DNA of 39,031 bases, taken from the IMG/VR virus record IMGVR_UViG_3300031683_000011, positions 1 to 39,031 of that record. One strand, written 5' to 3'. Position 1 is the first letter of the stretch. Each line of letters begins with the position of its first letter. Under the pieces are notes generated by a model. That model saw only the letters and a list, made by a program, of their open reading frames with translations. It was not told the origin of the DNA and did not search any database. This stretch comes from a virus (taxonomy: Duplodnaviria; Caudoviricetes). The position numbers and the translations under genes were made by a program. This document shows, one piece after another, positions 1-8,063 of the stretch.

Positions 1-23
1 GCTGGAATGTTTTCGTTGCTCAT
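1..23 (-). CDS. 5' end of a gene running off the left edge (MSNENIP...), probably scaffold/head gene by position
   Basis: ATG at 23 on the minus strand, preceded by GAGGA/AAGGGA purine tracts, directly after the 50..319 stop. Function inferred from synteny only. Confidence 0.5.
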
Positions 24-49
24 AATTTGTTATCCCTTATAGTCCTCAT

Positions 50-319
50 TTACTTGGTCTTACTCTTAGCTTGTCCTGCAACGGGAGCCTTATTTATCAC
101 CTTGGGGATATTAAGGATGTTGTCAGGGTGGCCTGCGATCTTATCTTTCACGAAGCTTAGTGCAGATGACATTGCTTGCAGGGTACCAGCATGTAATCGG
201 CTCTTCTCGTGACCTCGTCCCATCTCTCGGATCAGGGATACTTGTGATCGCTGTAAGTCTAACTCAGCTTTATGGAGTTCTTCTAGTGTGTTAGTTGGAA
301 TCATTATCTTGTTCCTCAT
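50..319 (-). CDS. hypothetical protein, head-morphogenesis region (89 aa; true start may be internal)
   Basis: ORF co-oriented with and overlapping the end of the 291..650 gene. Confidence 0.6.
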   Translation of the reverse strand: MRNKIMIPTNTLEELHKAELDLQRSQVSLIREMGRGHEKSRLHAGTLQAMSSALSFVKDKIAGHPDNILNIPKVINKAPVAGQAKSKTK

Positions 320-650
320 CTTCTAAATGTGATTGATCAATGTACTCTTGGTTGAAACCATAAGTCTCTATCTGAATCAATCGTTCTTTAACGGAACCTA
401 AGCCCATAGCAACGTGGTAGAGATATTCTCTCTCCTTAGTGCAGTGTGCCTCCGTGTTCAGCCACTTCATAAATAAATCGGATAGTATGTCGCCATACGC
501 TTCAGTGAAGAACTCATCTCGGTCTTTCTTTGAGAATGTAGCCTTAGCTAAAGCAGTCTTAGCATCCGAGAAAGGTCCCGGACGGTATGAACCATCTGAT
601 TGAAGTTGTGGTTTGACCTTCTTGTCAATGCCAGCTTTGTACTTCTTCAT
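291..650 (-). CDS. hypothetical protein downstream of portal (119 aa)
   Basis: ATG with AAGAG RBS-like tract; acidic C-terminus; co-oriented with portal. Confidence 0.75.
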   Translation of the reverse strand: MKKYKAGIDKKVKPQLQSDGSYRPGPFSDAKTALAKATFSKKDRDEFFTEAYGDILSDLFMKWLNTEAHCTKEREYLYHVAMGLGSVKERLIQIETYGFNQEYIDQSHLEDEEQDNDSN

Positions 651-672
651 CTGTGTTAGTCTCTTGTTAATT

Positions 673-707
673 AAAAGGTTGGGGTCTATTGTGAAGACTG
701 AGACCCC
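673..707 (-). terminator. putative intrinsic terminator/attenuator after portal
   Basis: GGGGTCT (681-687) / AGACCCC (701-707) inverted repeat, followed on the minus strand by AACCTTTTAATT. Confidence 0.5.
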
Positions 708-741
708 ATGCAGTCAGATACAGTATCACCCCCTTGTCCAT

Positions 742-2916
742 CTACCCCATAGGGACTCCAGCAGGAGCCTCCGTAGGTGCAGTTGGTGCATCTGTTACAC
801 CAGCAGTAGTCGTCATGACGTTAGCCACGAGTGATTGTGCCTTGGCGTACAGTGTGTCAATGTTAGTTTTGGATGGCATAGGCTGCTGTTCTTTACCAGC
901 ATCTAAGGCTAACTTCGACCATTCCTGTTCAGACTTATCCAGTGCAACCATAAGTTGCTTAAGATTATCTTGAATGGCATTCTGGGCTTGTACGTTTGTG
1001 TAGTCAATGTTAGCTTGCTGTAAATCTATTGCTAACTTCTGTGTCAACTCTTCGAGCTTAGAGGCTTTCGCCTGAGCTTCCTGATCACGCTTCTGACCTT
1101 CTTCTGCCTTCTGCTTAAAGTCCTCTGTGTTGATATCAATAAGATAGTCAAGAGGGTCTAAGCCTAGGGCATCAAACGCTTGTACTGCAATAGTGGAAGC
1201 TGCAGTTGGAGCTACAACAGCACCTGCACCAGCGTCCCGAAGGGCTGGTAGGATTTGTTGGCCTATCATTTGTAACTTCTGTAACTTGGTCTGATTACTG
1301 GCATCACCAACATCTGCTTCTACAGTCATGTACTCGATTCCGGGTAGATCATCTATGGACACATCGAGATATCGTTGATTGCCTGTGTAGTTACCTACAG
1401 ACCCACCACGCATTTCCTTACGCATTGTCTTGTAGATACCTTCAAGGAGTTCCCGTCCACCGGTTTCCATGAATCTACGAGCAATGAACTGGATGCGTAG
1501 CTGTGCAGCGGACTGCACTTGTGACACCTTAGCTTCTGAATTACCAGACACATATAAGGCATCATTAAGTCCCTGAGCTGCCTTAGACAGTCCAGTGGCT
1601 TGTTCTTTATGACCTTGCAAGAACTGTAGCAAGGGTACTGTACCTGTTGAGATCTGCTCAGGAGGTAGTGATGCAACTGCACTCATCGGGTTACCGTTGG
1701 ATGCAATGATCTGTTTAGGCTTCATGTTCTGCAATGCAGAGAAGTCTACTACGTTGGGATCTGCGATCTTAGGTGCATAGTTTGTTAAGTAAGTATTCTC
1801 AACAAAGCCACGTAAGATAGCTGTAGACGCCAGTGTGGAAGGACGTACCATATCAGACATAGAAAGACCTTCAAGCTCGAAGGGGATTTCAAACGGTGTG
1901 AAGGTAGCTATCTGGATATGATCTGCATCGTCCTCTTCAAGGATAGTGTCACCAACTCGTACAATGTACTTGAGTTCAGCAATACCATCACCATCACGGT
2001 CAACGTATGTCCAGCAGCGTAAGACTACAGCTGTCTGGTTTGCTTCTAATTGGTTGTCATCACCAGAACCTAAGAGCAGTGTAGTACCTATGGCTCTCTT
2101 ACGAGCTAAGGCGTCTGTGTTAGATGCTGTTGATATTGTATCTTCAACAGTTGCCCAGTCAACACCACCAGCAGTCTCAACCCAACGTTCTCTGATCTCT
2201 GACCGAGTGTACTCTTCTTCAAAGCCCATAAAGGATGCATCATGTGCACCAGTGGCTCCAGCGTTAACCCTAAGGCTCTCTGGGGGTACTGGTGAGAAGA
2301 TAACCTTATTGGTTACTTTAGTACGCTTAAGACGTACATCAAGGTAGTTACCAGACTGTTCATCTAAGTATATGTCACCTGTTGTAGTGATCTCTGGATC
2401 TGCAAGTAGTACATCAAGGGCAGTACTATCAATAGTATCGTACTCTTCAAAGGAGATCTTCTCCTCCGCTACGTATGACCAAGTCACTGCTGACAGCTTC
2501 CACATCAAGGCTGACTTAAGCCATGTGTTTAATACAGACCATCCACGGTTCTTTGAGAACAAGCAGTGGTTGATTAACTCTGATGCTGCTGTAGCTTGAT
2601 GGTAGGCCAATGGCGTACGGTCATATGCTTTAAACTTAGCTAGTTTGTTATTGTCAAACAGTAACTCTGAGAGTACTGCTGAGTAACCTTCAATAGCTTC
2701 AACTGTATCTGACGATACAATACGTGATACACCTTGGGGCTTTAAGTGGCCTTGTGGGATCATTGCGTATTCAAAGGTTGACTTCTGACGTTCATCAGAT
2801 AGCTCTGAGGTATCTAGGAAACTAGAGCTGGACTGTGCCAACTTATAGTCAAGGAGTGTGGTTAACTCCTCATCGGATACTGCAACTTTGTATCCATCTT
2901 CATTATTACTTGACAT
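742..2916 (-). CDS. portal (head-tail connector) protein, 724 aa
   Basis: Position after terL; podovirus portal-like segments (VSSDTVEAIE, DRDGDGIAELK, ILRGFVEN-YL-N, EQATGLS); coiled-coil C-terminus; GAGG RBS. Confidence 0.88.
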   Translation of the reverse strand: MSSNNEDGYKVAVSDEELTTLLDYKLAQSSSSFLDTSELSDERQKSTFEYAMIPQGHLKPQGVSRIVSSDTVEAIEGYSAVLSELLFDNNKLAKFKAYDRTPLAYHQATAASELINHCLFSKNRGWSVLNTWLKSALMWKLSAVTWSYVAEEKISFEEYDTIDSTALDVLLADPEITTTGDIYLDEQSGNYLDVRLKRTKVTNKVIFSPVPPESLRVNAGATGAHDASFMGFEEEYTRSEIRERWVETAGGVDWATVEDTISTASNTDALARKRAIGTTLLLGSGDDNQLEANQTAVVLRCWTYVDRDGDGIAELKYIVRVGDTILEEDDADHIQIATFTPFEIPFELEGLSMSDMVRPSTLASTAILRGFVENTYLTNYAPKIADPNVVDFSALQNMKPKQIIASNGNPMSAVASLPPEQISTGTVPLLQFLQGHKEQATGLSKAAQGLNDALYVSGNSEAKVSQVQSAAQLRIQFIARRFMETGGRELLEGIYKTMRKEMRGGSVGNYTGNQRYLDVSIDDLPGIEYMTVEADVGDASNQTKLQKLQMIGQQILPALRDAGAGAVVAPTAASTIAVQAFDALGLDPLDYLIDINTEDFKQKAEEGQKRDQEAQAKASKLEELTQKLAIDLQQANIDYTNVQAQNAIQDNLKQLMVALDKSEQEWSKLALDAGKEQQPMPSKTNIDTLYAKAQSLVANVMTTTAGVTDAPTAPTEAPAGVPMG

Positions 2917-2971
2917 CTATGATACCTCTTAGTATGCGCAGGAGTAACACCTCACGCTCTGTCTATCTGTT

Positions 2972-3199
2972 GGAATTAGGGGCAGTTTGCTATCTTTCTC
3001 ATTCCCGAGATGTGAAGCATAACCGCCTAAAAGAAAACATCTTACATAGTGGAGGACTATGGGAAACTATTTGTGGCTTAGTTCGGTCAATGAACGAGCC
3101 AACTCTTAAAGTGGCGAAGGCCCCTCGGAAAAGAGAGGGACCCTCACGGACAAGCACAGGTGATCAAACCTGTGGCCTACAACTGTAGGACTTAATTCC
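2972..3199 (-). ncRNA. putative structured non-coding RNA (six hairpins closed by a terminal helix) between terL and portal
   Basis: Hairpins at 3176-3189, 3155-3174, 3114-3147, 3074-3101, 3045-3061 and 2981-3027. Closing helix GGAAUUA (3199-3193) / UAAUUCC (2978-2972). G-U wobbles are possible only on the minus strand. Confidence 0.7.
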
Positions 3200-3217
3200 C
3201 GGAGTTAATGGGAGACA

Positions 3218-4891
3218 TCATAGCCATTGAGTGTTATCAGGAGTATACGCTTGGTTCCTGAAGGACACACGCGTAGTTGATAGACGATCCCCGTGAGTAC
3301 GGAGAACCTCAAGGGCTATAGCTGTTGCTATTACGGTGTCATCATGACAGCCAGATATAGCATTGGTTTTACCACTGGCATCAGCCACGTAGTTCATACA
3401 CTCTTGTATGATAACGGGGGACGCAAGGGAGATATCATCATTCTCTATAGCGTTCTTAAGATGCCCAATGATCATGGGCTTAGTAGCTTGGGTTGTCCTC
3501 CAACCTAGTCTTGTGCCCTCCTCATTGGACACATTAGCTACTTTTGTTTGATGGTATAAGTTCACGTAATCCATTTGTTTTAATCGGTTTAGTGTTGCTA
3601 TACCTAAGGAATTAGATTCCACTGCAAGAAGGGAGTTGTTGTAGTAGCGACCTAAGTAGAACAAGAGATCACCATACTGAGTAGGGTCTAACTTGTTGTT
3701 ACGGTACACTGCACATACTTCTCTTTCTGCATTCATAACTACTGCTGCTGAGTAGTCTTGTCCAACGCCCAAGGCACAGTCAGCTCCGATGATGAAGTTA
3801 CTGTCGTACTTAGGGTACTTGTAGATCTCTAGGAAGCCCTCCCTGTGATCTTCAAACATACACGATTCTAAACTAAAGTGTTGTCTCTTCATGCATGGTA
3901 ATGCAACCATGTCATCTAACTTACCTGTATCAAATACGTTAGAACCAGAGACTATGAATGCTTCATTAGCTGTTGATGGGTATTCCTGACGGAACTTATC
4001 CATACCCCCTTCGGCTATCTTAAGACGCCTCCAATACAGCTGTTCTAAGTCTAAACCATGAGCTTTCTGTAAACCTTCTTCTTCCTCTGTAACTGTATCT
4101 GCAAAGGTCTCAGGTTCTAATACAAACCTACGGTACTCTGGCATAAGAAACCAAGGTACAAAGATAGGGATGTATTCGTTCTCACCTGCTACAGCTCCTT
4201 TCCAGAGTCTGTGGAACTCGTTACCAACACCGTTGGCTGTTGACTCAAGGATTACTTCTGTTCCGGCAGCTTGGGATATACCTTGGAATAAGCCTGCGAG
4301 AATCTTTGCGTCATGAGTCCAGAAAGCAACTTCAGATAGATGAGCAATAGTCGGGGTGGTCCCCCTGCCTGCCTCGGGGGATCCTGCGGTGTAGAGCCGG
4401 TATCCTGAGTCATTGTGTTCAAATCCTATCTCTTTAGAGTTAGACTTCTTCAGTACTGGTTTGAACTCTGGCTTCATATTCTGAATGATGTTACGAGACA
4501 TCGCAAACAGGGCATCTGAAGTGGCAGAGTCATGAGCCATTACTACGGATTTGTTGTATGGTGTTAAGTAGGACTTCCAGTATACCCTGCCACATGCGTA
4601 GGTCGAGAGACCCATCTGTCTGGCCTTTAGTATAATGGCACGTACCTTTCCGGTTTCCTTAAGTTGCTTCTCAATGGCGTCATCAACGATCTGTTGGGCC
4701 TTGTTGAACTCTAAAGGTATGAAACCTTTGGATGCATCTTTTGGTAATATTCTGATCTGCTCTTTAGCGAAGTCTTGGAAGGACCCCTCGTATCTTGTGA
4801 GGTCTTTACGCTTACGTGACTCTACTGCTAAGGCTAACTTCTGTCTATTCGTCAGAGACGAACTGGTATTAGATAATTTATTGGTTTCCAA
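3218..4891 (-). CDS. terL: terminase large subunit (~557 aa, TTG start)
   Basis: Walker A KARQMGLST, Walker B AHLSEVAFW, coupling motif ESTANG, RNase H-fold nuclease GADCALG..DYS and HDDTV. GGAGGA lies 6 nt before TTG 4891, favouring it over the ORF-track start at 4948. Confidence 0.95.
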   Translation of the reverse strand: METNKLSNTSSSLTNRQKLALAVESRKRKDLTRYEGSFQDFAKEQIRILPKDASKGFIPLEFNKAQQIVDDAIEKQLKETGKVRAIILKARQMGLSTYACGRVYWKSYLTPYNKSVVMAHDSATSDALFAMSRNIIQNMKPEFKPVLKKSNSKEIGFEHNDSGYRLYTAGSPEAGRGTTPTIAHLSEVAFWTHDAKILAGLFQGISQAAGTEVILESTANGVGNEFHRLWKGAVAGENEYIPIFVPWFLMPEYRRFVLEPETFADTVTEEEEGLQKAHGLDLEQLYWRRLKIAEGGMDKFRQEYPSTANEAFIVSGSNVFDTGKLDDMVALPCMKRQHFSLESCMFEDHREGFLEIYKYPKYDSNFIIGADCALGVGQDYSAAVVMNAEREVCAVYRNNKLDPTQYGDLLFYLGRYYNNSLLAVESNSLGIATLNRLKQMDYVNLYHQTKVANVSNEEGTRLGWRTTQATKPMIIGHLKNAIENDDISLASPVIIQECMNYVADASGKTNAISGCHDDTVIATAIALEVLRTHGDRLSTTRVSFRNQAYTPDNTQWL

Positions 4892-5273
4892 TGGGAGTCC
4901 TCCAAGACTACGTTCGGGTAACCCCCTACGGGGTTTGGGGCAATACAAAATAAATAAAGAAGTAGTTACCTCATAGTACTACTAAGGGACCTATAGTATC
5001 CCTAAGGACTCCCCTAGTATATAAGAGAGTAGTAGTTGAAGTAGATGTTGTAAGGGACTCCTTAAGAACCCTTAGTACCCTTGAGGGGGTCTATCTGACC
5101 AGTATATCCCTAGTTATAGGATATAGGTATAGTGATGTAGTTACTCAGAGACCCCCTCGTATCTCTTAAGGTAGTACCTTACCGTGTCTAGGATCCTCCT
5201 AAGGTATTGGGTACTCCCTAACTACTTCACTAGGTACTGATAGACTCCTTTGTATATGAGTAGATCTCTGATC

Positions 5274-5304
5274 TATAGTGTTCCTATAAGGTACTTAAAA
5301 GATT
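5274..5304 (-). promoter_or_regulatory. putative phage RNAP late promoter, copy 1 (ATCTTTTAAGTACCTTATAG)
   Basis: 31-bp exact direct repeat with 5355-5385; 20-bp core identical to 12895-12914; ends in TATAG like T7-family promoters; points to terL. Confidence 0.7.
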
Positions 5305-5354
5305 ACTGAGAGATAACCCTCTGTAGCCTGATAGATACCCCATGTGTATAGGTG

Positions 5355-5385
5355 TATAGTGTTCCTATAAGGTACTTAAAAGATT
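5355..5385 (-). promoter_or_regulatory. putative phage RNAP late promoter, copy 2
   Basis: Exact repeat of 5274-5304. Confidence 0.7.
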
Positions 5386-5560
5386 CCTAGGGTTTTAAAA
5401 GGGTATCTAGGGGATAGACAAGTAAGTCCCTTGATATACAGGTACCTTAATATTCTTAGGGACCCCCCTCTTCTCCCTCAGGACTCTCACCAGTAGTCCC
5501 AAGGGCCCTACCCATCCCTAAGTATCCCTAAGGACTCCACTACTCATAGGTACTGAGGTA

Positions 5561-5595
5561 TACCTGTGGATAACTATGGGTTACCTGTGGATAAC
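5561..5595. promoter_or_regulatory. two tandem consensus DnaA boxes (TGTGGATAA) within a TACCTGTGGATAAC repeat
   Basis: TGTGGATAA at 5565-5573 and 5586-5594 is the reverse complement of TTATCCACA; 21-bp period. Confidence 0.6.
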
Positions 5596-5829
5596 ACCTA
5601 GAACTACACATGGGTCAGTGTGACTGATGTAGTCCCAAGGGGTACCGGGGGATAACCTCAAGTACTCCTCTGATACTCCTCCAAGACTCCCCAAAGTACT
5701 CCTCGGGGACTAGGAGACATACTGTCTCTCACCAATACAACAGGTAATACCAATGTAGTTCATATGTAGTCCTCAGGGTATGTTATGTACTAATGTAGTC
5801 CTCAGGGAAATAGCCAACGTCAACTTACT

Positions 5830-5962
5830 ACTCTTACTCATTGAATACATGTGGTCGCTAGCTCCCACTCTGGTACTTCAGGTCAGTACTGCTTACGACT
5901 CTTATGTATTGAATGATGAAGTCGCTTCGCTCCCAAGGTGGTATTGTATAAACAGTACTGCT
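5830..5962 (+). repeat. ~68-bp imperfect tandem repeat with conserved blocks, upstream of the first early gene
   Basis: Blocks ACTCTTA, ATTGAAT, GTCGCT, GCTCCCA, TGGTA and CAGTACTGCT recur in the same order at 5830-5893 and 5898-5962. Confidence 0.7.
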
Positions 5963-6009
5963 AACAGCCCACGGGCTAACTATCTCCACCAAGTGGAAAG
6001 GATTTATGT

Positions 6010-6420
6010 ATGTCAGACTTTAAAGTAGTTCGTAACGTTACCATCGTTAACACACGTATGGTAACACCAGTGACTCGTGACTTCGGTGACCAGTACAGCA
6101 TTCTTGCATCAGGCGAAAGCTTGCAGGAAGTTGGTATCAAAGCGAACACTGATGGTTCCGGTTGGATCAACAGTAACGCTTCATACCCTAATGGAGACAC
6201 CATCCCAAACATCCCTATGGTAGACCGTTCTAAACGTGCTATCACTTCGGAGTTAGGTGCGGGTTCACAGGTAGAGCTAGCCTTTCGTGTCGTTAAGACT
6301 GCAAAGGGCACCTACTATAACCTTGCTGCTGTTAAGGTTATGAAGTTCGTCAAGCCTTTCAGCATCTTGGATGTGTTTGATGAAGTTATGGACGAGTCTG
6401 ATGTTCTAGACTCTTTCTAA
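6010..6420 (+). CDS. single-stranded DNA-binding protein paralog (T7 gp2.5-like OB fold), 136 aa
   Basis: Shares RNVT, FG-Q, VD-K+-I, +G-GS and L-A+++ motifs and an acidic tail ending in Phe with 11000..11470; AAGGA RBS. Confidence 0.7.
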   Translation: MSDFKVVRNVTIVNTRMVTPVTRDFGDQYSILASGESLQEVGIKANTDGSGWINSNASYPNGDTIPNIPMVDRSKRAITSELGAGSQVELAFRVVKTAKGTYYNLAAVKVMKFVKPFSILDVFDEVMDESDVLDSF

Positions 6421-6433
6421 CATCGTACCACAC

Positions 6434-6466
6434 GGAGGCTCCTAACGGAGTCTCCTGCCCTTTTTT
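6434..6466 (+). terminator. intrinsic terminator
   Basis: GGAGGCTCC-TAAC-GGAGTCTCC stem-loop, then TGCCC-TTTTTT. Confidence 0.8.
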
Positions 6467-6504
6467 GAGCACTGCTCAACAACTAATCCAAAAGGAATAC
6501 ACAC

Positions 6505-6699
6505 ATGATGCAAAGTGAAGAGAAACTAGACCATTTCATGGACTGTATGTACGATATCTTGCAACAACGTAAGGAGATCTTTGACAGTCAAGTTGACAAG
6601 CATGGGGACTGCGGTGGATTCGTAGACTTCAAGGATCACATTGATAACATGTCAATGAGTGAACTACTAATACTCTTAGCAGACTACCACTGCGACTAA
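6505..6699 (+). CDS. hypothetical early protein (64 aa, acidic)
   Basis: AAGGA RBS within an ATCCAAAAGGAATAC leader. Confidence 0.75.
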   Translation: MMQSEEKLDHFMDCMYDILQQRKEIFDSQVDKHGDCGGFVDFKDHIDNMSMSELLILLADYHCD

Positions 6700-6719
6700 T
6701 ATCCAAAAGGAATACTCAA

Positions 6720-6920
6720 ATGAACTTAGATAACGACTACACAGTGAGAACAACAGCATCTGACTACAACTCGTACTCAAATGATGAAGTACGCAGCATA
6801 GTATCGTCAACAACAGGCACAACTGTATCTAATCGTGAAGTTAACGATAAGCAGATGGATGACCTGATGTCCTTAGTATTCGGTGATACACTGGATCAAG
6901 AGGACTCTTATGACTACTAA
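6720..6920 (+). CDS. hypothetical early protein (66 aa, acidic)
   Basis: Identical ATCCAAAAGGAATAC leader. Confidence 0.75.
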   Translation: MNLDNDYTVRTTASDYNSYSNDEVRSIVSSTTGTTVSNREVNDKQMDDLMSLVFGDTLDQEDSYDY

Positions 6921-7029
6921 AGCATTCATAACCACTGTAGTGTTCGTAGCTATAGTGGCAATAGTCAACATAGCAGTATGGTGGTATGTAACCATAGGCT
7001 TTTACTCAACAATGATCCAAGGGGTATAA
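6910..7029 (+). CDS. small membrane peptide (39 aa, MTTKAFITTVVFVAIVAIVNIAVWWYV...)
   Basis: Hand-translated; GAGGA RBS; fills the gap between neighbours; one hydrophobic helix. Confidence 0.6.
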   Translation: MTTKAFITTVVFVAIVAIVNIAVWWYVTIGFYSTMIQGV

Positions 7030-7030
7030 C

Positions 7031-7225
7031 ATGAAAGTTGATTCAACTAACCAGTATGCAGCAAACACAGTAATCTTCGAGAACTCCGATGACATCTACT
7101 TAAGACTTGTAGGTAATGGTGAAGGTTTACATCCAATCTGGTACATACTGGAGATGGGTTCATTTGCTTGGATTGAAGACTCTCATGAGTTGGATATAGC
7201 ATGGGCACATCGTAATGATAGATAA
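7031..7225 (+). CDS. hypothetical early protein (64 aa)
   Basis: AAGGGG RBS; tight packing with neighbours. Confidence 0.65.
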   Translation: MKVDSTNQYAANTVIFENSDDIYLRLVGNGEGLHPIWYILEMGSFAWIEDSHELDIAWAHRNDR

Positions 7226-7418
7226 TGCCTATGTGAAACTAAACCACCCGAAGCTATTCCATCAAGCCTGTAACTCAGGTCATGTGAGGCTTCTCCAAGC
7301 ATATGGTAACGTGTACAGCATATCCCAAGGGTTTCCTCTGGGTAGTAGCACAGTTACCATCAAATACCACTCAAGCCAAAAGGAACATCAAGATGAAAAC
7401 ACTACACTTAATCAGTGA
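7215..7418 (+). CDS. hypothetical early protein (67 aa)
   Basis: Short overlaps with both neighbours; weak RBS. Confidence 0.45.
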   Translation: MIDNAYVKLNHPKLFHQACNSGHVRLLQAYGNVYSISQGFPLGSSTVTIKYHSSQKEHQDENTTLNQ

Positions 7419-7668
7419 TGGTCGTATGTGTCACACCATACACCTTGGGGACTCCAACACGAAGCGTTATGATGCTGCTATCGAACACCTTAAATCAGAA
7501 GCATGTGGTACCAAGAATACCATCATCATATGTGATAAGAACAACATGCCATCTAACTACATAACCTTTGCAAGTTCTCCTCCTGAGTTACAGGAGAATG
7601 AACTCGATGGTTACATGTTCTTTGGTATAGCTATCACACTCTTAGTAGCTTATATGGTACTAAAGTAA
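7393..7668 (+). CDS. hypothetical protein with C-terminal TM helix (91 aa)
   Basis: AAGGA RBS before ATG 7393; hydrophobic C-terminus. Confidence 0.65.
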   Translation: MKTLHLISDGRMCHTIHLGDSNTKRYDAAIEHLKSEACGTKNTIIICDKNNMPSNYITFASSPPELQENELDGYMFFGIAITLLVAYMVLK

Positions 7669-7787
7669 TATGCTCGTCTAAGGCCCGTAAGGGCCTCCAC
7701 CTATACCAGTATCAGACCAACAAAGCGTAAACCTCTCAGGGGGCTCATATGGAGCTCTCAGTGGCATAACCAACAGGAATTATTATC

Positions 7788-8063
7788 ATGAAAAGAACAG
7801 ACATATTGAAAGCTCAATTAATGGGTTCACGAGGCAGGTTCTTCACTGCTAAATACAAGACTCAAGTAGGTGTGATGATGAAGCTTAACTTCAAGGTATC
7901 TGAGGTACTTAAAGTGACAGCAACACAGATCAAAGCCAGTGTGCATATTCCAAGTATTGGGACAACACAGGTGATGGTATTCAACCTAGGTAAGTCAGGT
8001 GACCTTGAGTATTTAGCAGCAGACCGTACTCGTATCTCGATGTCAGGTAAGGGCTTGTTATAA
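7788..8063 (+). CDS. hypothetical basic protein (91 aa)
   Basis: AGGA RBS; GRFFT-K motif seen in small phage beta-barrel proteins. Confidence 0.7.
   Translation: MKRTDILKAQLMGSRGRFFTAKYKTQVGVMMKLNFKVSEVLKVTATQIKASVHIPSIGTTQVMVFNLGKSGDLEYLAADRTRISMSGKGLL

Larger units (their letters stand above)
4950..6000. other. divergent non-coding control region; probable genome terminus / terminal repeat / origin
   Basis: No credible ORF. Dense short repeats: AGTATCCCTAAGGACTCC at 4995-5012 and 5521-5538; GTAGTCCCAAGGG at 5493 and 5629; ATGTAGTCCTCAGGG at 5764 and 5793; many CCTAAG(G)-like units. Separates the late and early arms. Confidence 0.65.

Noticed and set aside
2835-3188. 117-aa plus-strand ORF across the terL-portal spacer
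   Set aside because: Antisense to the late operon, overlaps the portal start, and has no RBS or recognisable motif. The RNA structure explains the region better.
4892-4948. 19-aa N-terminal extension of TerL in the ORF track
   Set aside because: A strong GGAGGA RBS precedes TTG 4891, and the extension runs through a hairpin
5274-5385. 31-bp direct repeats as a mini CRISPR array
   Set aside because: Only two copies, no cas genes, and a third isolated copy of the core sits before a gene, which fits a promoter
5780-6028. 82-aa ORF upstream of the SSB paralog
   Set aside because: Runs through the tandem repeat elements, lacks an RBS and has no protein-like features
7681-7696. AGGCCC-GTAA-GGGCCT hairpin as a terminator
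   Set aside because: The GNRA hairpin is real but has no U-tract; at most an RNA-stability element
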